Positions 18,111 to 28,597 of a stretch of DNA of 64,000 nucleotides are shown in pieces (the first letter of the stretch is position 1; every line of letters begins with the position of its first letter). The position numbers and the translations under genes are program-made. Below the pieces are notes generated by a model. It did not search any database, was not told where the DNA came from, and worked only from the letters and a program-made list of their open reading frames with translations. Source of the DNA: Candidatus Poribacteria bacterium (GTDB lineage: Bacteria; Poribacteria; WGA-4E; WGA-3G); NCBI GenBank assembly GCA_963663765.2, contig CAXXUA010000005.1, positions 960,001 to 1,024,000 on the forward strand. Direction: 5' to 3'.

Positions 18111-20408
18111 TTACTTGAGAATAACCATTCGACGGGAAGCAGAGAAATCCTCAGTTTGGAGCGAATAGAAATACACACCGCTTGAAACATGTTCACCTGT
18201 ATCGTTCTTGCCATCCCAATAAGCTGCTGTTGAATTTGTCATGTATGAACCAATTGATTTGCGACCCAAGTTTAGCGAACGAATTGTACTACCGGAAATA
18301 TCGTAAATCTTAATCATGACATTGGTGTCACGGTTTAGTTGATAAGGTATCCATGTTTCTGGATTGAACGGGTTCGGGAAATTCTGTCCCAACATCGTCT
18401 CTTTGGGACGTATATCCCCTACTCGCATTTGCACCGCAATATATGCGTTGTAAATATCCGATGTTTGGACTGTGCGTTCATAAGGTCCGGATACAATCGT
18501 ACCGTGCTCATCAACGAGTGCGATCTCAATCTTATCCCCGACTTCAACGACACTGTTGCGGTTCAGATCTGCCCAAACGGCAGAAACCTGTTGCTTATCA
18601 GTGCTAACCTTTTCAGATGTGACAACACCTGTGCGTAAGTTTTTTGCCACTATGGTGTATGTTGTCTCTGCGGTTTTATCTTGTATATCGGTAGTGACGA
18701 CAAATGCCCATGCACTATTTGCAGTAGGGATTTTGGGTGCTGCAGCAGCATCCTCAGTTGGAATGTTTTTCCATCTCGTACCTGTGAATGTGAATTCACC
18801 TCCGGCTGGGGTATTTACGATATAACCACTGCCACCATCAATACCGAAACCATCACCTTCTTCAGCTGCGGAGTAACCGACATAACTTTGTATTTTCGCA
18901 TCTAACTTGATGACAACCGTTGCACCTAACTTTGTTGCGAGTGATTTCGCTGTGAAGGGTTCTGCTGGCATCAATGGAACAGAAATCATATTCAATCCAG
19001 TACCAAGCGTCACATCAAAACTTGTTGGGATTTCAGGTTCTTCAATAGGAGTGATTGTTAGCGTTGCTACCGGTTCTGTCCAAGCAAATGCTTCACTCAC
19101 ATCCCCAACACCTTGAATGCCGGGATGTGGACTGATGACACCACCTTCTGTTTGAACACGAGCGTTGCTATCCGCCGGATCCGCTTCTGCATCTAAACCG
19201 AGTGGACCAGGAATATCGGATGCAAGTTCTGTATTGTCTTCACTACCCGCATCGTAAGACATCAACTCTAACGTTGTTGACATAGGCATACCATTTTCAT
19301 CAAACAAGGGAACATTCGAAGCAGCAATGAATGCATCATTCGTTGAAACTAACATTGAAGCGAATGTTAACGCATGGTTTAACACATTACCTCTTAACCT
19401 AACGGTAACAGAACCACCAGGAACGACAACGTTTTCTGCAACAACGGTATCTGCACCAATAGAAGTCGCAACTGCTAATATGCCAGAGACATCTCCATTT
19501 TCAGCAAGGTCAACAAGCACAGGGGCAGCGGGTTGACCAACAGGGGCAAGATCATCCACAGTTTGAAAGTGTGCTGCAAAAAATGGATGTGAGAATATTT
19601 GTCCACCCATGCCAGGTTCACCCGTGGTCAGATTGGTCAACTTAATCTCAAACATGTGCTCGCCAACAATTGGGGGTATCTCCGGAAGGGGGACATCATC
19701 CGGTCCTTGACCAGTACCGTCAGGAGGTAGTCCTGTGGCAGAATCACCAACAAGGTTGTATCTTTCCACTTCATATACGATACCTTGATCGTCTTGATAC
19801 TTCACTGGACCAATATCCGGTCCTAACCATTGAAAAGATTCGGATCGCAGCGTTGTAAGTGCGGTAACGGTTTTTCTGTTTATTTGTAGTTTAACGCAGT
19901 TCTCAATTGTATGACCAGATATCATAACATCTTCAATTGCGACAACTTCTATGGTACTTGTCGTAGTTGCTGTTCCGACCAAATTCAGTTCAGTAACCGT
20001 CGTAATATCCCACGTTCTTCCGAGTGGTAAATCTGCTGGAAAGAACAGAGCAGGCGGGTCAAGCATTGCTGCTGCAATGCCAAATGTGCCTTCTTCCAAA
20101 TGTGTGCGATGAAGTTTCAGATCACCTTCATCATCAGAAATATAATAAACATCGTCATCTACTGTGTCAGTCCCAAGTGTTTCAGTTAATATTCTCAGGA
20201 TGAAAATACCTTCATCTCCATCTGTATCTGTATCAGATTCCTCAATAGTATAGGTGCGACGTTCAGCACCATCCTCACTCAGGAAAACCCACGAATTACC
20301 GATACTTGTCGGATAATAATCTTGTGCTGTTGCTGAAAGTGCAAAAATACAGATAAGGCTTAGAACTAAAGAAAGTTTTAGCCAATTTAAATGTCTGTTC
20401 TTATTCAA
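18111..20408 (-). CDS. Secreted multidomain protein: TapB-like domain + Spondin_N domain + FlgD-Ig/T9SS-like CTD
   Basis: YYPTSIGNSW N-domain; spondin motifs LAENGD, SMLVSTNDAF, YDAGSE; C-terminal QNFPNPFNPETWIPY...SSGVYFY...RRMVILK. Confidence 0.8.
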   Translation of the reverse strand: MNKNRHLNWLKLSLVLSLICIFALSATAQDYYPTSIGNSWVFLSEDGAERRTYTIEESDTDTDGDEGIFILRILTETLGTDTVDDDVYYISDDEGDLKLHRTHLEEGTFGIAAAMLDPPALFFPADLPLGRTWDITTVTELNLVGTATTTSTIEVVAIEDVMISGHTIENCVKLQINRKTVTALTTLRSESFQWLGPDIGPVKYQDDQGIVYEVERYNLVGDSATGLPPDGTGQGPDDVPLPEIPPIVGEHMFEIKLTNLTTGEPGMGGQIFSHPFFAAHFQTVDDLAPVGQPAAPVLVDLAENGDVSGILAVATSIGADTVVAENVVVPGGSVTVRLRGNVLNHALTFASMLVSTNDAFIAASNVPLFDENGMPMSTTLELMSYDAGSEDNTELASDIPGPLGLDAEADPADSNARVQTEGGVISPHPGIQGVGDVSEAFAWTEPVATLTITPIEEPEIPTSFDVTLGTGLNMISVPLMPAEPFTAKSLATKLGATVVIKLDAKIQSYVGYSAAEEGDGFGIDGGSGYIVNTPAGGEFTFTGTRWKNIPTEDAAAAPKIPTANSAWAFVVTTDIQDKTAETTYTIVAKNLRTGVVTSEKVSTDKQQVSAVWADLNRNSVVEVGDKIEIALVDEHGTIVSGPYERTVQTSDIYNAYIAVQMRVGDIRPKETMLGQNFPNPFNPETWIPYQLNRDTNVMIKIYDISGSTIRSLNLGRKSIGSYMTNSTAAYWDGKNDTGEHVSSGVYFYSLQTEDFSASRRMVILK

Positions 20409-20626
20409 AGTTTTTCTCCTTGTTTAGAATTAAAATCTATGTGAACTAAAAAATGGTGGAATATCACGTCAACTGTTTGGAATACAGTATTCGGTGTCGT
20501 ATCCTGTGCATCATAGCGGATGTCGTCCTGTTCAGATATGTAACGATATCCTAACCACATACCGATTGCCATAAACAGGATACCAATGGCTACGACAATT
20601 AATACCACTTTCCAAGAGGTCACCAT
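20405..20626 (-). CDS. Small single-TM hypothetical protein
   Basis: Hydrophobic N-terminus; overlaps the next gene start by 4 nt. Confidence 0.45.
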   Translation of the reverse strand: MVTSWKVVLIVVAIGILFMAIGMWLGYRYISEQDDIRYDAQDTTPNTVFQTVDVIFHHFLVHIDFNSKQGEKL

Positions 20627-20765
20627 TTAATCATTCCAAGTGTTGGTTGATGGTAATTACATTTTATCAAATTTGTTAACGTCGTTTCAAGATGAATTAC
20701 AGGGATATTTATTATTAAGTATGTATTTTCCGTTTGCTCTACCCAACCTACGATACTCCTCACAG

Positions 20766-21788
20766 TTACCTCACATTAATAGTTACTGTAATAGTTACTG
20801 TAGATTTACCTATATTATTTTCTGCAAAAAGCGTTATTGTACCTACTATCGGGGCATTTTCAAAACTACCCGCAACCCATAGGTCATGCTTTTTTTGCGC
20901 GTTGGTTGAAAATCCTGTGCCGTCACCCGGTTTAACAATTTCTCCAGATACATTTTCTATGCCTAAGTTATGTACTTCCGATGCATAGTCTTCAACATTT
21001 GCGAGTATCTTTGCATTAAGTATTCCACCGAGTCGCGATCCAGTGACTTGAAACTCAAGGGATGGCAGCTGCCACACTGGACGATTCTGAGCATTGATCA
21101 CAGGTTTATCAAACTTTTTCAAACTGACTAACTCAAACTCTTTTCCGTCACTACCTTCATATTTAACGGGTCCGATATCAGGTGCTAACCATTGATAAGA
21201 CGTGGTTGGGTCAACATTAAGAAATGTGCTCATGATCGATACTGTCAACTTCACTTTAGCACAGTTCCGAAATGTTCCAGATAGTGTCACAACATCTTCA
21301 AAATCAACAACTTCAAAATCGCTGGTGCTATCTATAGTAATATCAGTTCCTGATAGGTTTACTGTTATTTCGGCAGGTATCTGCCATTCATCTCCTGGCT
21401 CTAATACAATTGGGAAAAAAGTAACTGGTGTTGGAAAATTCGCTGATACGGCTGTTTTTTGATTTAAAAAGTCAAATTCCAAGTCAGTTTTGTGCAGTTT
21501 AAGTGCTTCATCATCAACAGTCACAAAATACTTGTCAGTATCAACGATTTTGTCGGTGCTAGTATTTTGTGTTTCAGTTTTCAGCAGAATAAGGTCTTGA
21601 TCAGCTATGTCTTCTGGTTGTTCAAGTGAATAAGTAATTCTTTGCACATTGTTAGTTCCATCTAAAACCCATTCATTACCTATTACAGCGGGATAATAAT
21701 TCTGTGCCATTGCTGTATACGTGAAACTACAGGTAAAACATAACACTAAAAGTGCTTTGAGTGAAGTCCAAAATATTGTGTTTTTCAT
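20766..21788 (-). CDS. Secreted TapB-like domain protein with a different C-terminal beta domain
   Basis: YYPAVIGNEW...TLSGTFRNCAKV...WLAPDIGPVKY, paralogous to the 17069 and 18111 genes. Confidence 0.75.
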   Translation of the reverse strand: MKNTIFWTSLKALLVLCFTCSFTYTAMAQNYYPAVIGNEWVLDGTNNVQRITYSLEQPEDIADQDLILLKTETQNTSTDKIVDTDKYFVTVDDEALKLHKTDLEFDFLNQKTAVSANFPTPVTFFPIVLEPGDEWQIPAEITVNLSGTDITIDSTSDFEVVDFEDVVTLSGTFRNCAKVKLTVSIMSTFLNVDPTTSYQWLAPDIGPVKYEGSDGKEFELVSLKKFDKPVINAQNRPVWQLPSLEFQVTGSRLGGILNAKILANVEDYASEVHNLGIENVSGEIVKPGDGTGFSTNAQKKHDLWVAGSFENAPIVGTITLFAENNIGKSTVTITVTINVR

Positions 21789-21957
21789 GACGGTGACGTT
21801 CTATGCCTCGGTTATTTTGACTGTTGTGACTTTATTGACTTTTTCAAAAATACGTGTGATAATGTATACATGTTACACAAATTACAATAGAATTACAAGT
21901 TAAAACAACGAAAATTACTTGGTTTTTTCTGCATTTGCTAAGAATTCGTAAAGGAGA

Positions 21958-22695
21958 ATGTTGATGCGGTTGGATGGACGCGTGGCAATTGTAACGGGTG
22001 GGGGTGGCGGTATTGGAAAAGCAACATGTTTAACGTTTGCACGCGAAGGCGCGGATGTTGTTATCCCAGAAGTAAATATGACAAATGCTGAGGAAGCATC
22101 AAAAGAGATAATTGCACTCGGAAGACGGTGTATCGTAATTGAGACAGATGTTGCAGATGGTGAATCTGTGCGCGCAATGGTGAACAGAACTCGTGAAGAA
22201 TTTGGACGGATTGACATATTAGTAAATAACGCAGGTATCTTCAGTTATACTCGGATAGACGCATGCACGGAAGCGGAGTGGGATAGGATGTTGGCAGTTA
22301 ACCTCAAAGGTCCCTTCCTCTGTTCACAGGCAGTGATGGAGACGATGAAGGAGCAAAGGTTTGGTCGTATTATCAATCTCGGTTCGTTAGCAGGACAGGT
22401 AGGCGGATTAGTTGCGTCTGCGCCTTATTCCGCATCAAAAGCAGGGGTCATGTGTTTAACAAAATCCTTTGCACGTGTCTTAGGTGAGTATGGAGTTACG
22501 GTCAACTCCATCGCACCGGGAATAGCAGCAACTGATATGGCGAAGAACCACCCCGACATGACAGACCAAATCCCATTAGGACGCGTCGCAGACCCATCAG
22601 AAGTAGCAAACGTTATTCTCTTCCTTGCTTCAGAAGAGGGACAATATATAACAGGGGCAACATTGGATGTCAACGGCGGCATTCGAATGGGATAA
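21958..22695 (+). CDS. SDR family oxidoreductase (FabG-like)
   Basis: TGGGGGIG, NNAG, YSASK. Confidence 0.92.
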   Translation: MLMRLDGRVAIVTGGGGGIGKATCLTFAREGADVVIPEVNMTNAEEASKEIIALGRRCIVIETDVADGESVRAMVNRTREEFGRIDILVNNAGIFSYTRIDACTEAEWDRMLAVNLKGPFLCSQAVMETMKEQRFGRIINLGSLAGQVGGLVASAPYSASKAGVMCLTKSFARVLGEYGVTVNSIAPGIAATDMAKNHPDMTDQIPLGRVADPSEVANVILFLASEEGQYITGATLDVNGGIRMG

Positions 22696-22730
22696 TCAAG
22701 ATAATCTATCCCAAAAAGGACAATCGCCTC

Positions 22731-24635
22731 ATGCAAAAAACACTGTTTCTGATTTTAGCGATTGCGTTCTCAATATGCATTGTACCCCAATACTCATCCG
22801 CACAAGACACGCAAGATTGGCAGTTGCGGAACTTACCTAAAGGTGCGAAAGCAAGACTCGGTAAAGGTGCAATAACTGGAAATGTAACGTTTTCCACCGA
22901 AGGTAAACGTATAGCAGTCGCTTGCAGTACCGGTATATGGATTTATGACGCAGAGACAGGTGAACCACTCAAACTACTGACTGGACATACGAAGAACGTC
23001 ATGAGCGTTGCGTTCAGTCCTGACGGGACACTGTTGGCAAGTGCAAGCTACGATAGCACCGTGCGTCTGTGGGATGCACGCACCGGCACTGAACTTCAAG
23101 TATTGCGAGGTCATAAGGACGGAACCAGAACGGTAGCGTTCAACTCGGATAGTTCTTTGTTAGCAAGTGGCAGTGATGATAAAACCATCCGTTTGTGGGA
23201 TGTGCAAACCGGAACACACCTGCGGACACTGACAAGGCATGAAGAACATGTCATAAGCGTTGCATTTAGTCCTGATGGACAGACGCTGGCAAGTGCAAGT
23301 GATGACCAAACCATGCGACTCTGGAATGTACAGACGGGGACGTTGGTGCGAATGGCCAAACTATATGAAACAGATAGAATCAAAACCGTTACTTTTAGTC
23401 CAGACGGTAAAACTGTAGCGACTGGCAGTAATTACAAAGCCGCTTATCTGTGGGACGCACAGACAGGTGAATTTCTCAGTGCGTTAGAAGGACAAGATAA
23501 TTCAGATAGTCATAATGCTGACGTTATGTCTGTTACTTTCAGTCCGGATGGATCAGAACTGGCAACTGCAAGCCAGGACTATACCGCACGACTGTGGGAC
23601 GCACAGACAGGTAAATCGGTAATGGTGTTAAGAGGACATACCTCTTATGTCCATAGCATCACATTCAGTCCAGATGGGAAAAGGTTGTGGACTGGTAGTT
23701 GGGACGGCACCTTATGTTTGTGGAACGCAAATACTGGCACGCAGCTTCGGACGATAAAGGGACACACGTATCATATTAATAGTATCGCATTCAGTCCGGA
23801 TGGAAAAACTTTAGTAGCAGGAAGTTCAAGCAATAGCGTTCATTTATGGAATACACAGACAGGGGAAATACAGCAAGAACTCAAGGGACACACGATGAGA
23901 GTCGAAGCCGTTGCATATAGTCCTGATGGGAAAACCATAGCTACTTCCAGCGGAAGAGAGACTATTCGTTTATGGAACGCACAAACAGGAGAATTAAGTC
24001 TAGAACTCAAAAGACGTACAAGCTCAATCAATAACATTGTTTTCCATCCAGACGGTATACAACTCTTCAGTGCGGGTTTTGGGGACAGCGACGTGCATGT
24101 TTGGGATCTGCAAAAAAACGAAATAAAAAATATTCTGTTAGAAGACACGGTAATGGTTAACAACGTGGCGTGTCATCCAGCAGGAGAACAATTAGCGGGA
24201 GGCCGTTGGGATGGAACTGTACTGATTTGGGATATAAACACCAATAAAGTAGCCTTTCGTTTGAAAGGTCATAGGAGGCATGTGGAAGCCGTTGCGTATA
24301 GTCCAAATGGGTCTCTGTTAGCGAGTGCTGCGGAGGATGGAACTGTGCATCTGTGGAATCCGCAGACAGGTGAATCTGTACGGATACTCCATACAAAAGA
24401 CAAAAGGAACCGTTGTGTTGCCTTCAGTCCAGATGGCAAGATACTGGCAATTGGTGGTTGGGATGGAACCTTGTATCTGTGGGATGTACATACCGGATCC
24501 CCTATTATTGAGTTGAAAGGACATACGTATTATGTAAATAGTGTTGCGTTTAGTCCTGACAGAAAAATCCTCGCAAGTTGCAGTGATGATGGCACCGTGT
24601 TGTTGTGGGATCTCACCGGTGGTGTTGTGGATTAG
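22731..24635 (+). CDS. Secreted WD40-repeat protein
   Basis: Signal peptide, LPKGAKARLGKG, about 13 WD40 repeats. Confidence 0.92.
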   Translation: MQKTLFLILAIAFSICIVPQYSSAQDTQDWQLRNLPKGAKARLGKGAITGNVTFSTEGKRIAVACSTGIWIYDAETGEPLKLLTGHTKNVMSVAFSPDGTLLASASYDSTVRLWDARTGTELQVLRGHKDGTRTVAFNSDSSLLASGSDDKTIRLWDVQTGTHLRTLTRHEEHVISVAFSPDGQTLASASDDQTMRLWNVQTGTLVRMAKLYETDRIKTVTFSPDGKTVATGSNYKAAYLWDAQTGEFLSALEGQDNSDSHNADVMSVTFSPDGSELATASQDYTARLWDAQTGKSVMVLRGHTSYVHSITFSPDGKRLWTGSWDGTLCLWNANTGTQLRTIKGHTYHINSIAFSPDGKTLVAGSSSNSVHLWNTQTGEIQQELKGHTMRVEAVAYSPDGKTIATSSGRETIRLWNAQTGELSLELKRRTSSINNIVFHPDGIQLFSAGFGDSDVHVWDLQKNEIKNILLEDTVMVNNVACHPAGEQLAGGRWDGTVLIWDINTNKVAFRLKGHRRHVEAVAYSPNGSLLASAAEDGTVHLWNPQTGESVRILHTKDKRNRCVAFSPDGKILAIGGWDGTLYLWDVHTGSPIIELKGHTYYVNSVAFSPDRKILASCSDDGTVLLWDLTGGVVD

Positions 24636-24741
24636 TTTGCTGGTAGGATGAGTAACGCGAAACCCATAGGTGTCAATTTAAACAAAATTTGCAGTCCTTT
24701 CTCTTGTGGGAAGGCTTTGTAAGACCTATTTCTTTGTAGGA

Positions 24742-24985
24742 GCGACGGTATTCAAAGACGGTCGCGACCAGGAGGTCGCTCCTACAAAGGGCGACGGTAT
24801 TCAAAGACGGTCGCGACAAGGAGGTCGCTCCTACAAAGGGCGACGGTATTCAAAGACGGTCGCGACAAGGAGGTCGCTCCTACAAAGGGCGACGGTATTC
24901 AAAGATGGACTCGACAAGGAGGTCGCTCCTACAAAGGGCGACGGTATTCAAAGACGGTCGCGACCAGGAGGTCGCTCCTACAAAG
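24742..24985. repeat. Tandem array of five 49-bp REP-containing units (BIME-like)
   Basis: Unit GCGACGGTATTCAAAGACGGTCGCGACMAGGAGGTCGCTCCTACAAAGG starts at 24742, 24791, 24840, 24889, 24938; reverse complement contains GTAGGAGCGACCTCCTGGTCGCGA. Confidence 0.92.
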
Positions 24986-25017
24986 AGGGGGTAACACTGC
25001 AATTCAGACAAATAAGA

Positions 25018-26364
25018 TTAAGACAAGTCTTTGAGGCTACCCGTGCTATCCCCTAACTGTCTCACATTCACATCCATTCTGTTTAGCATAGATACCCAAA
25101 GGTTGTTCAATGGGGTTTCCTTCGGATACTTGATATGTCGTCCACTCTTGAGTGTACCACAACCTTGACCTGCTAATATAATTGGCAAATCATGGTGGCT
25201 GTGCCGATTCCCATCAGAATTTCCGCTACCGTATAAAATCATGGAATGGTCAAGTAAGGAACCTTCTCCCTCAGGAATGGAGTCAAGTTTTTCCAGTAGA
25301 TATGCGAGTTGCTCTGTATGGAAAACATTAATCTTCCGAATTTTTTCTACCTTCCCTTTATCGCCACCGTGATGTGACAGATTATGGTGTCCTTGCGTGA
25401 CTTTGATAGATGGATATGTTTTGTTGCTACCTTCGTTTGCCAATGTGAAGGTTGCAATTCGCGTTACATCTGTTTGGAATGAAAGCACGATCAGGTCTAA
25501 CATCAGACGCACATGCTCTTGGAAGTTGGCAGGTATCTTCTCAGGTGCAATATATTCAGGATTTTCTAATGCTGGAAACTTTTCTGCAGATTCAATCCGC
25601 ATTTCAATATCCCGAATAGCAGAGAAGTATTCATCAAGTTTTCGAGCATCGTTTCCGCTGACTTGTTGGATGAGGTCTTTTGAATCCTGCTGTACAAAGT
25701 CCAAAATACTCTTTCGTTGTTCATCGCGCTGTCGTTTCTGTGCGTTAGGTTCAGTGATGAACATACGTTCAAAAGCAAGTTTCGGATTTACCTCTTTCGG
25801 CAGAGGTTGCGTAGCAGACTTCCAAGCCATCGTTGCTGAATAAACGCAGCTATAACCTGAATCGCAATTCCCCGCTCTGTAACCGGGTTCAATCCCGAGT
25901 TCAAGCGAAGGTAAACGCGTTTGCTTACCGATATGTGACGCCGCTGCTTGGTCAACAGAAATCCCCGCGTGAATGTCAGTGCCGCTGGTTTTGCGCGGCT
26001 GTGCACCTGTCAAGAACGCTGCCATCGCTCTGGCGTGGTCACCCCCGCCATCTCCATTTGCGCGTGCCTTATCAGCTGTCAATCCGCTCAGAACCAACAT
26101 TTTCTCTCTTACATTTGCAAGCGGTTTTAGGATGTTTGTGAGTTCATAGTCCGCACCCACCTGTGTCGGTGTCCAGTTCTCCATTATTTTCCCATTGGGA
26201 ACATAGAGAAATGCCATCCGATTTGGTATCATTTGCTTGGTCGCACCTGTAGTAGCTGCGGTTGCCCAGTTTGTAAGCGGACCCATAGTTTCTAACCACG
26301 GTAAAGCAATACTGACACCTAACCCGCGCAAAAATGTACGTCGTGAAAGTCTTGGTGTTTCCAT
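25018..26364 (-). CDS. DUF1552 domain protein (planctomycete-type)
   Basis: SRRTFLRG Tat-like motif, FLYVPNG, ISVDQ, CDSGYSCVY, HHNLSHH, LGDSTG C-terminus. Confidence 0.9.
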   Translation of the reverse strand: METPRLSRRTFLRGLGVSIALPWLETMGPLTNWATAATTGATKQMIPNRMAFLYVPNGKIMENWTPTQVGADYELTNILKPLANVREKMLVLSGLTADKARANGDGGGDHARAMAAFLTGAQPRKTSGTDIHAGISVDQAAASHIGKQTRLPSLELGIEPGYRAGNCDSGYSCVYSATMAWKSATQPLPKEVNPKLAFERMFITEPNAQKRQRDEQRKSILDFVQQDSKDLIQQVSGNDARKLDEYFSAIRDIEMRIESAEKFPALENPEYIAPEKIPANFQEHVRLMLDLIVLSFQTDVTRIATFTLANEGSNKTYPSIKVTQGHHNLSHHGGDKGKVEKIRKINVFHTEQLAYLLEKLDSIPEGEGSLLDHSMILYGSGNSDGNRHSHHDLPIILAGQGCGTLKSGRHIKYPKETPLNNLWVSMLNRMDVNVRQLGDSTGSLKDLS

Positions 26365-26446
26365 AACTATTGTTCTTTACTCCTTTTCATCATTTCTATA
26401 AGTTTCCAGCGCGCTTACAAAGCACGTCTACCGTTCCGTTTTCTTG

Positions 26447-27442
26447 TTACATTTGTAGTAGAGTATTCTCTCCATCAATGATTGACCTTGCCAATGCCCA
26501 ATCCAATCGGCGGCGATAATATCTATCTCGACGTAATCCCTTGAACGCTGTCAAAAACACATCGTGTGTTTTCTCACGAATGTTCGTCAATTTCGCGTTG
26601 AGTTTATCTATATCCACATCCCAAGGTACACAGATTTTCGTAATAGAACGGCAATGATCACATACACGATACTCACCTAATTCTGCAGGCGGGCAGAAAC
26701 GGATAGAGGCAGAAACGGTGTTATCTATGGCGAAAAGTCCCAAATTACCTTTCGGGTCATTGAACACAATACTACGATTACGAGAACGCGGTGGTAGATG
26801 CCTCTGCAGCTCACTGATTGTACCGAGAAATTGGTTGTTACGCCACATCCTAACATCCGATGTCATATTCGGATCAAACAGGGCAAGACCTACCGGATGT
26901 TCAGTATCTTCAAACATATAACTTGTGTTTCGGGTTTTATCCTCCTGAGTTGTTGTTCCATTTTGCGTCTGCGGTACTAAAGAGATGAAATCACATAACC
27001 TGTGCAGGAACAATCCACTCCGAATAAACGCCTCAGGGATAATCGCTGCGACCCATTTGCAATTTGTTAAGCATTGTTCAAGTGCATACTTATAGAGATC
27101 ATCATAGCGCGTTGCTTCAGGAAACGGTAATCCGCGTCGTGTTGCGGAGTTTCGAGCCAACCACGGTGGATTGGTAATGCATACATTATATCCAGTTGGA
27201 AAGTCCGTAAGTGTATCCTGTTGTACAATCCCTTTTGCTCCCGGCTCAATGTCATAAAATTCCCAATTCTGACACACTAAACCCGCTGAATCAATCAATT
27301 GTGGAATGTCCTTTGCACCCGCAAAAGGCTCTAATATAGTCTGTTGTTCTAACTTTACCTCTTTTGTCCATCTTTGGAACGGTTCCCATTGAAAGGGGTT
27401 TCCACGCGTGTAATACCGTCCATTTGCACGTTTTTTATCCAT
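26447..27442 (-). CDS. Putative orphan N6-adenine DNA methyltransferase
   Basis: RYYT, LEPFAG (motif I), TNPPW (motif IV). Confidence 0.65.
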   Translation of the reverse strand: MDKKRANGRYYTRGNPFQWEPFQRWTKEVKLEQQTILEPFAGAKDIPQLIDSAGLVCQNWEFYDIEPGAKGIVQQDTLTDFPTGYNVCITNPPWLARNSATRRGLPFPEATRYDDLYKYALEQCLTNCKWVAAIIPEAFIRSGLFLHRLCDFISLVPQTQNGTTTQEDKTRNTSYMFEDTEHPVGLALFDPNMTSDVRMWRNNQFLGTISELQRHLPPRSRNRSIVFNDPKGNLGLFAIDNTVSASIRFCPPAELGEYRVCDHCRSITKICVPWDVDIDKLNAKLTNIREKTHDVFLTAFKGLRRDRYYRRRLDWALARSIIDGENTLLQM

Positions 27443-27480
27443 TTGCTTATGTTATGTTTGATAGAGATTCCACAGAACTG

Positions 27481-28542
27481 TTAAAACATTGGTGCACCTT
27501 GTGCTTCAACAAATACAGAATAAAGCGATTGACTCGCAGTCATAAAGAGTCTATTTCTTTTAACGCCACCAAAGCAGATATTAGAACAAATTTCTGGTAA
27601 ATGTATCTTACCGATGCGTTTTCCATCAGGTGCAAAGATATGTACACCATCAAAACCTTCACCGACCCAACCCGCACCAGCCCACACATTGCCATCGGTA
27701 TCGCACCGAAGTCCGTCAGCAGCACCGGGTTTCATCTCGTGGAACACCTGTTTTTTACCTAACCGCTCACCGTCTACCACATCAAAGACAACGATGTTTT
27801 TGGGTGTTCCAGTGTCAGCGACATAGAGTTTATCATATTTCGGGGAAAAACATAACCCATTCGGTTTTTCAAGCACATCCGTAACGACTGTGGCGTTGCC
27901 AGTCTCAGGATCAAGGCGATAAACATTTGTAGGCAGTTCAAATTCGGCTTTATGTCCTTCATAATTGAACATAATACCGTAACCTGGGTCTGTAAACCAG
28001 ATATGTCCATCAGGATGGACGATTGCATCATTCGGGGCGTTGAACGGTTTTCCGTTGAACTTGTCAATCAGGACAGTAATTGTGCCATCATATTCGGTTC
28101 GTGTGACGCGCCGTGTGCCGTGTTCACAACTGATGAGTCTGCCTTGCCGGTCGCGCGTATGTCCGTTGGTATAATTTGATGGTTTGCGGTAGACGTTAAC
28201 TTTTCCAGTAGCTTCCTGCCATTTCAGGATACGGTTGTTTGGAATATCACTCCAAAGAAGAAATCCACCATCACCGAACCAGACAGGACCTTCCGACCAA
28301 CGCGCACCTGTCCACAACCGTTCCACAACAGCGTTTCCGATCTTGATTTTTTCAAAACGCGGATCAACAACTTCTACTGCCGGGTCAGGGTAACGTTTGA
28401 TAGTTTTACCGTCGGGGAATGTGTCTGCCCAACTGGTCAATGCGCCTAATGTACCTAACATCGGCAATGCAGCACCGATCCCCACGTTTTGAATAAAAGA
28501 TCGTCGTGAAAGCTGTTCTGTTGTCTTCATAATAAATCTCAC
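27481..28542 (-). CDS. SMP-30/gluconolactonase family protein, Tat-exported
   Basis: SRRSFI twin-arginine; WSEGPVW, PNDAIV, PNGLCFSP, ADGLRCD. Confidence 0.92.
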   Translation of the reverse strand: MRFIMKTTEQLSRRSFIQNVGIGAALPMLGTLGALTSWADTFPDGKTIKRYPDPAVEVVDPRFEKIKIGNAVVERLWTGARWSEGPVWFGDGGFLLWSDIPNNRILKWQEATGKVNVYRKPSNYTNGHTRDRQGRLISCEHGTRRVTRTEYDGTITVLIDKFNGKPFNAPNDAIVHPDGHIWFTDPGYGIMFNYEGHKAEFELPTNVYRLDPETGNATVVTDVLEKPNGLCFSPKYDKLYVADTGTPKNIVVFDVVDGERLGKKQVFHEMKPGAADGLRCDTDGNVWAGAGWVGEGFDGVHIFAPDGKRIGKIHLPEICSNICFGGVKRNRLFMTASQSLYSVFVEAQGAPMF

Positions 28543-28597
28543 CGTTTAGGAATAGTCTACCACACGCGAAGGTAATTGTCAAGCAATTTCACCTACT

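Noticed and set aside
24742-24985. Possible CRISPR array
   Set aside because: The units are identical end to end with no unique spacers and no cas genes nearby; it is a REP tandem repeat.
24706-25056. 116-aa ORF
   Set aside because: It is only a translation of the 49-bp tandem repeat.
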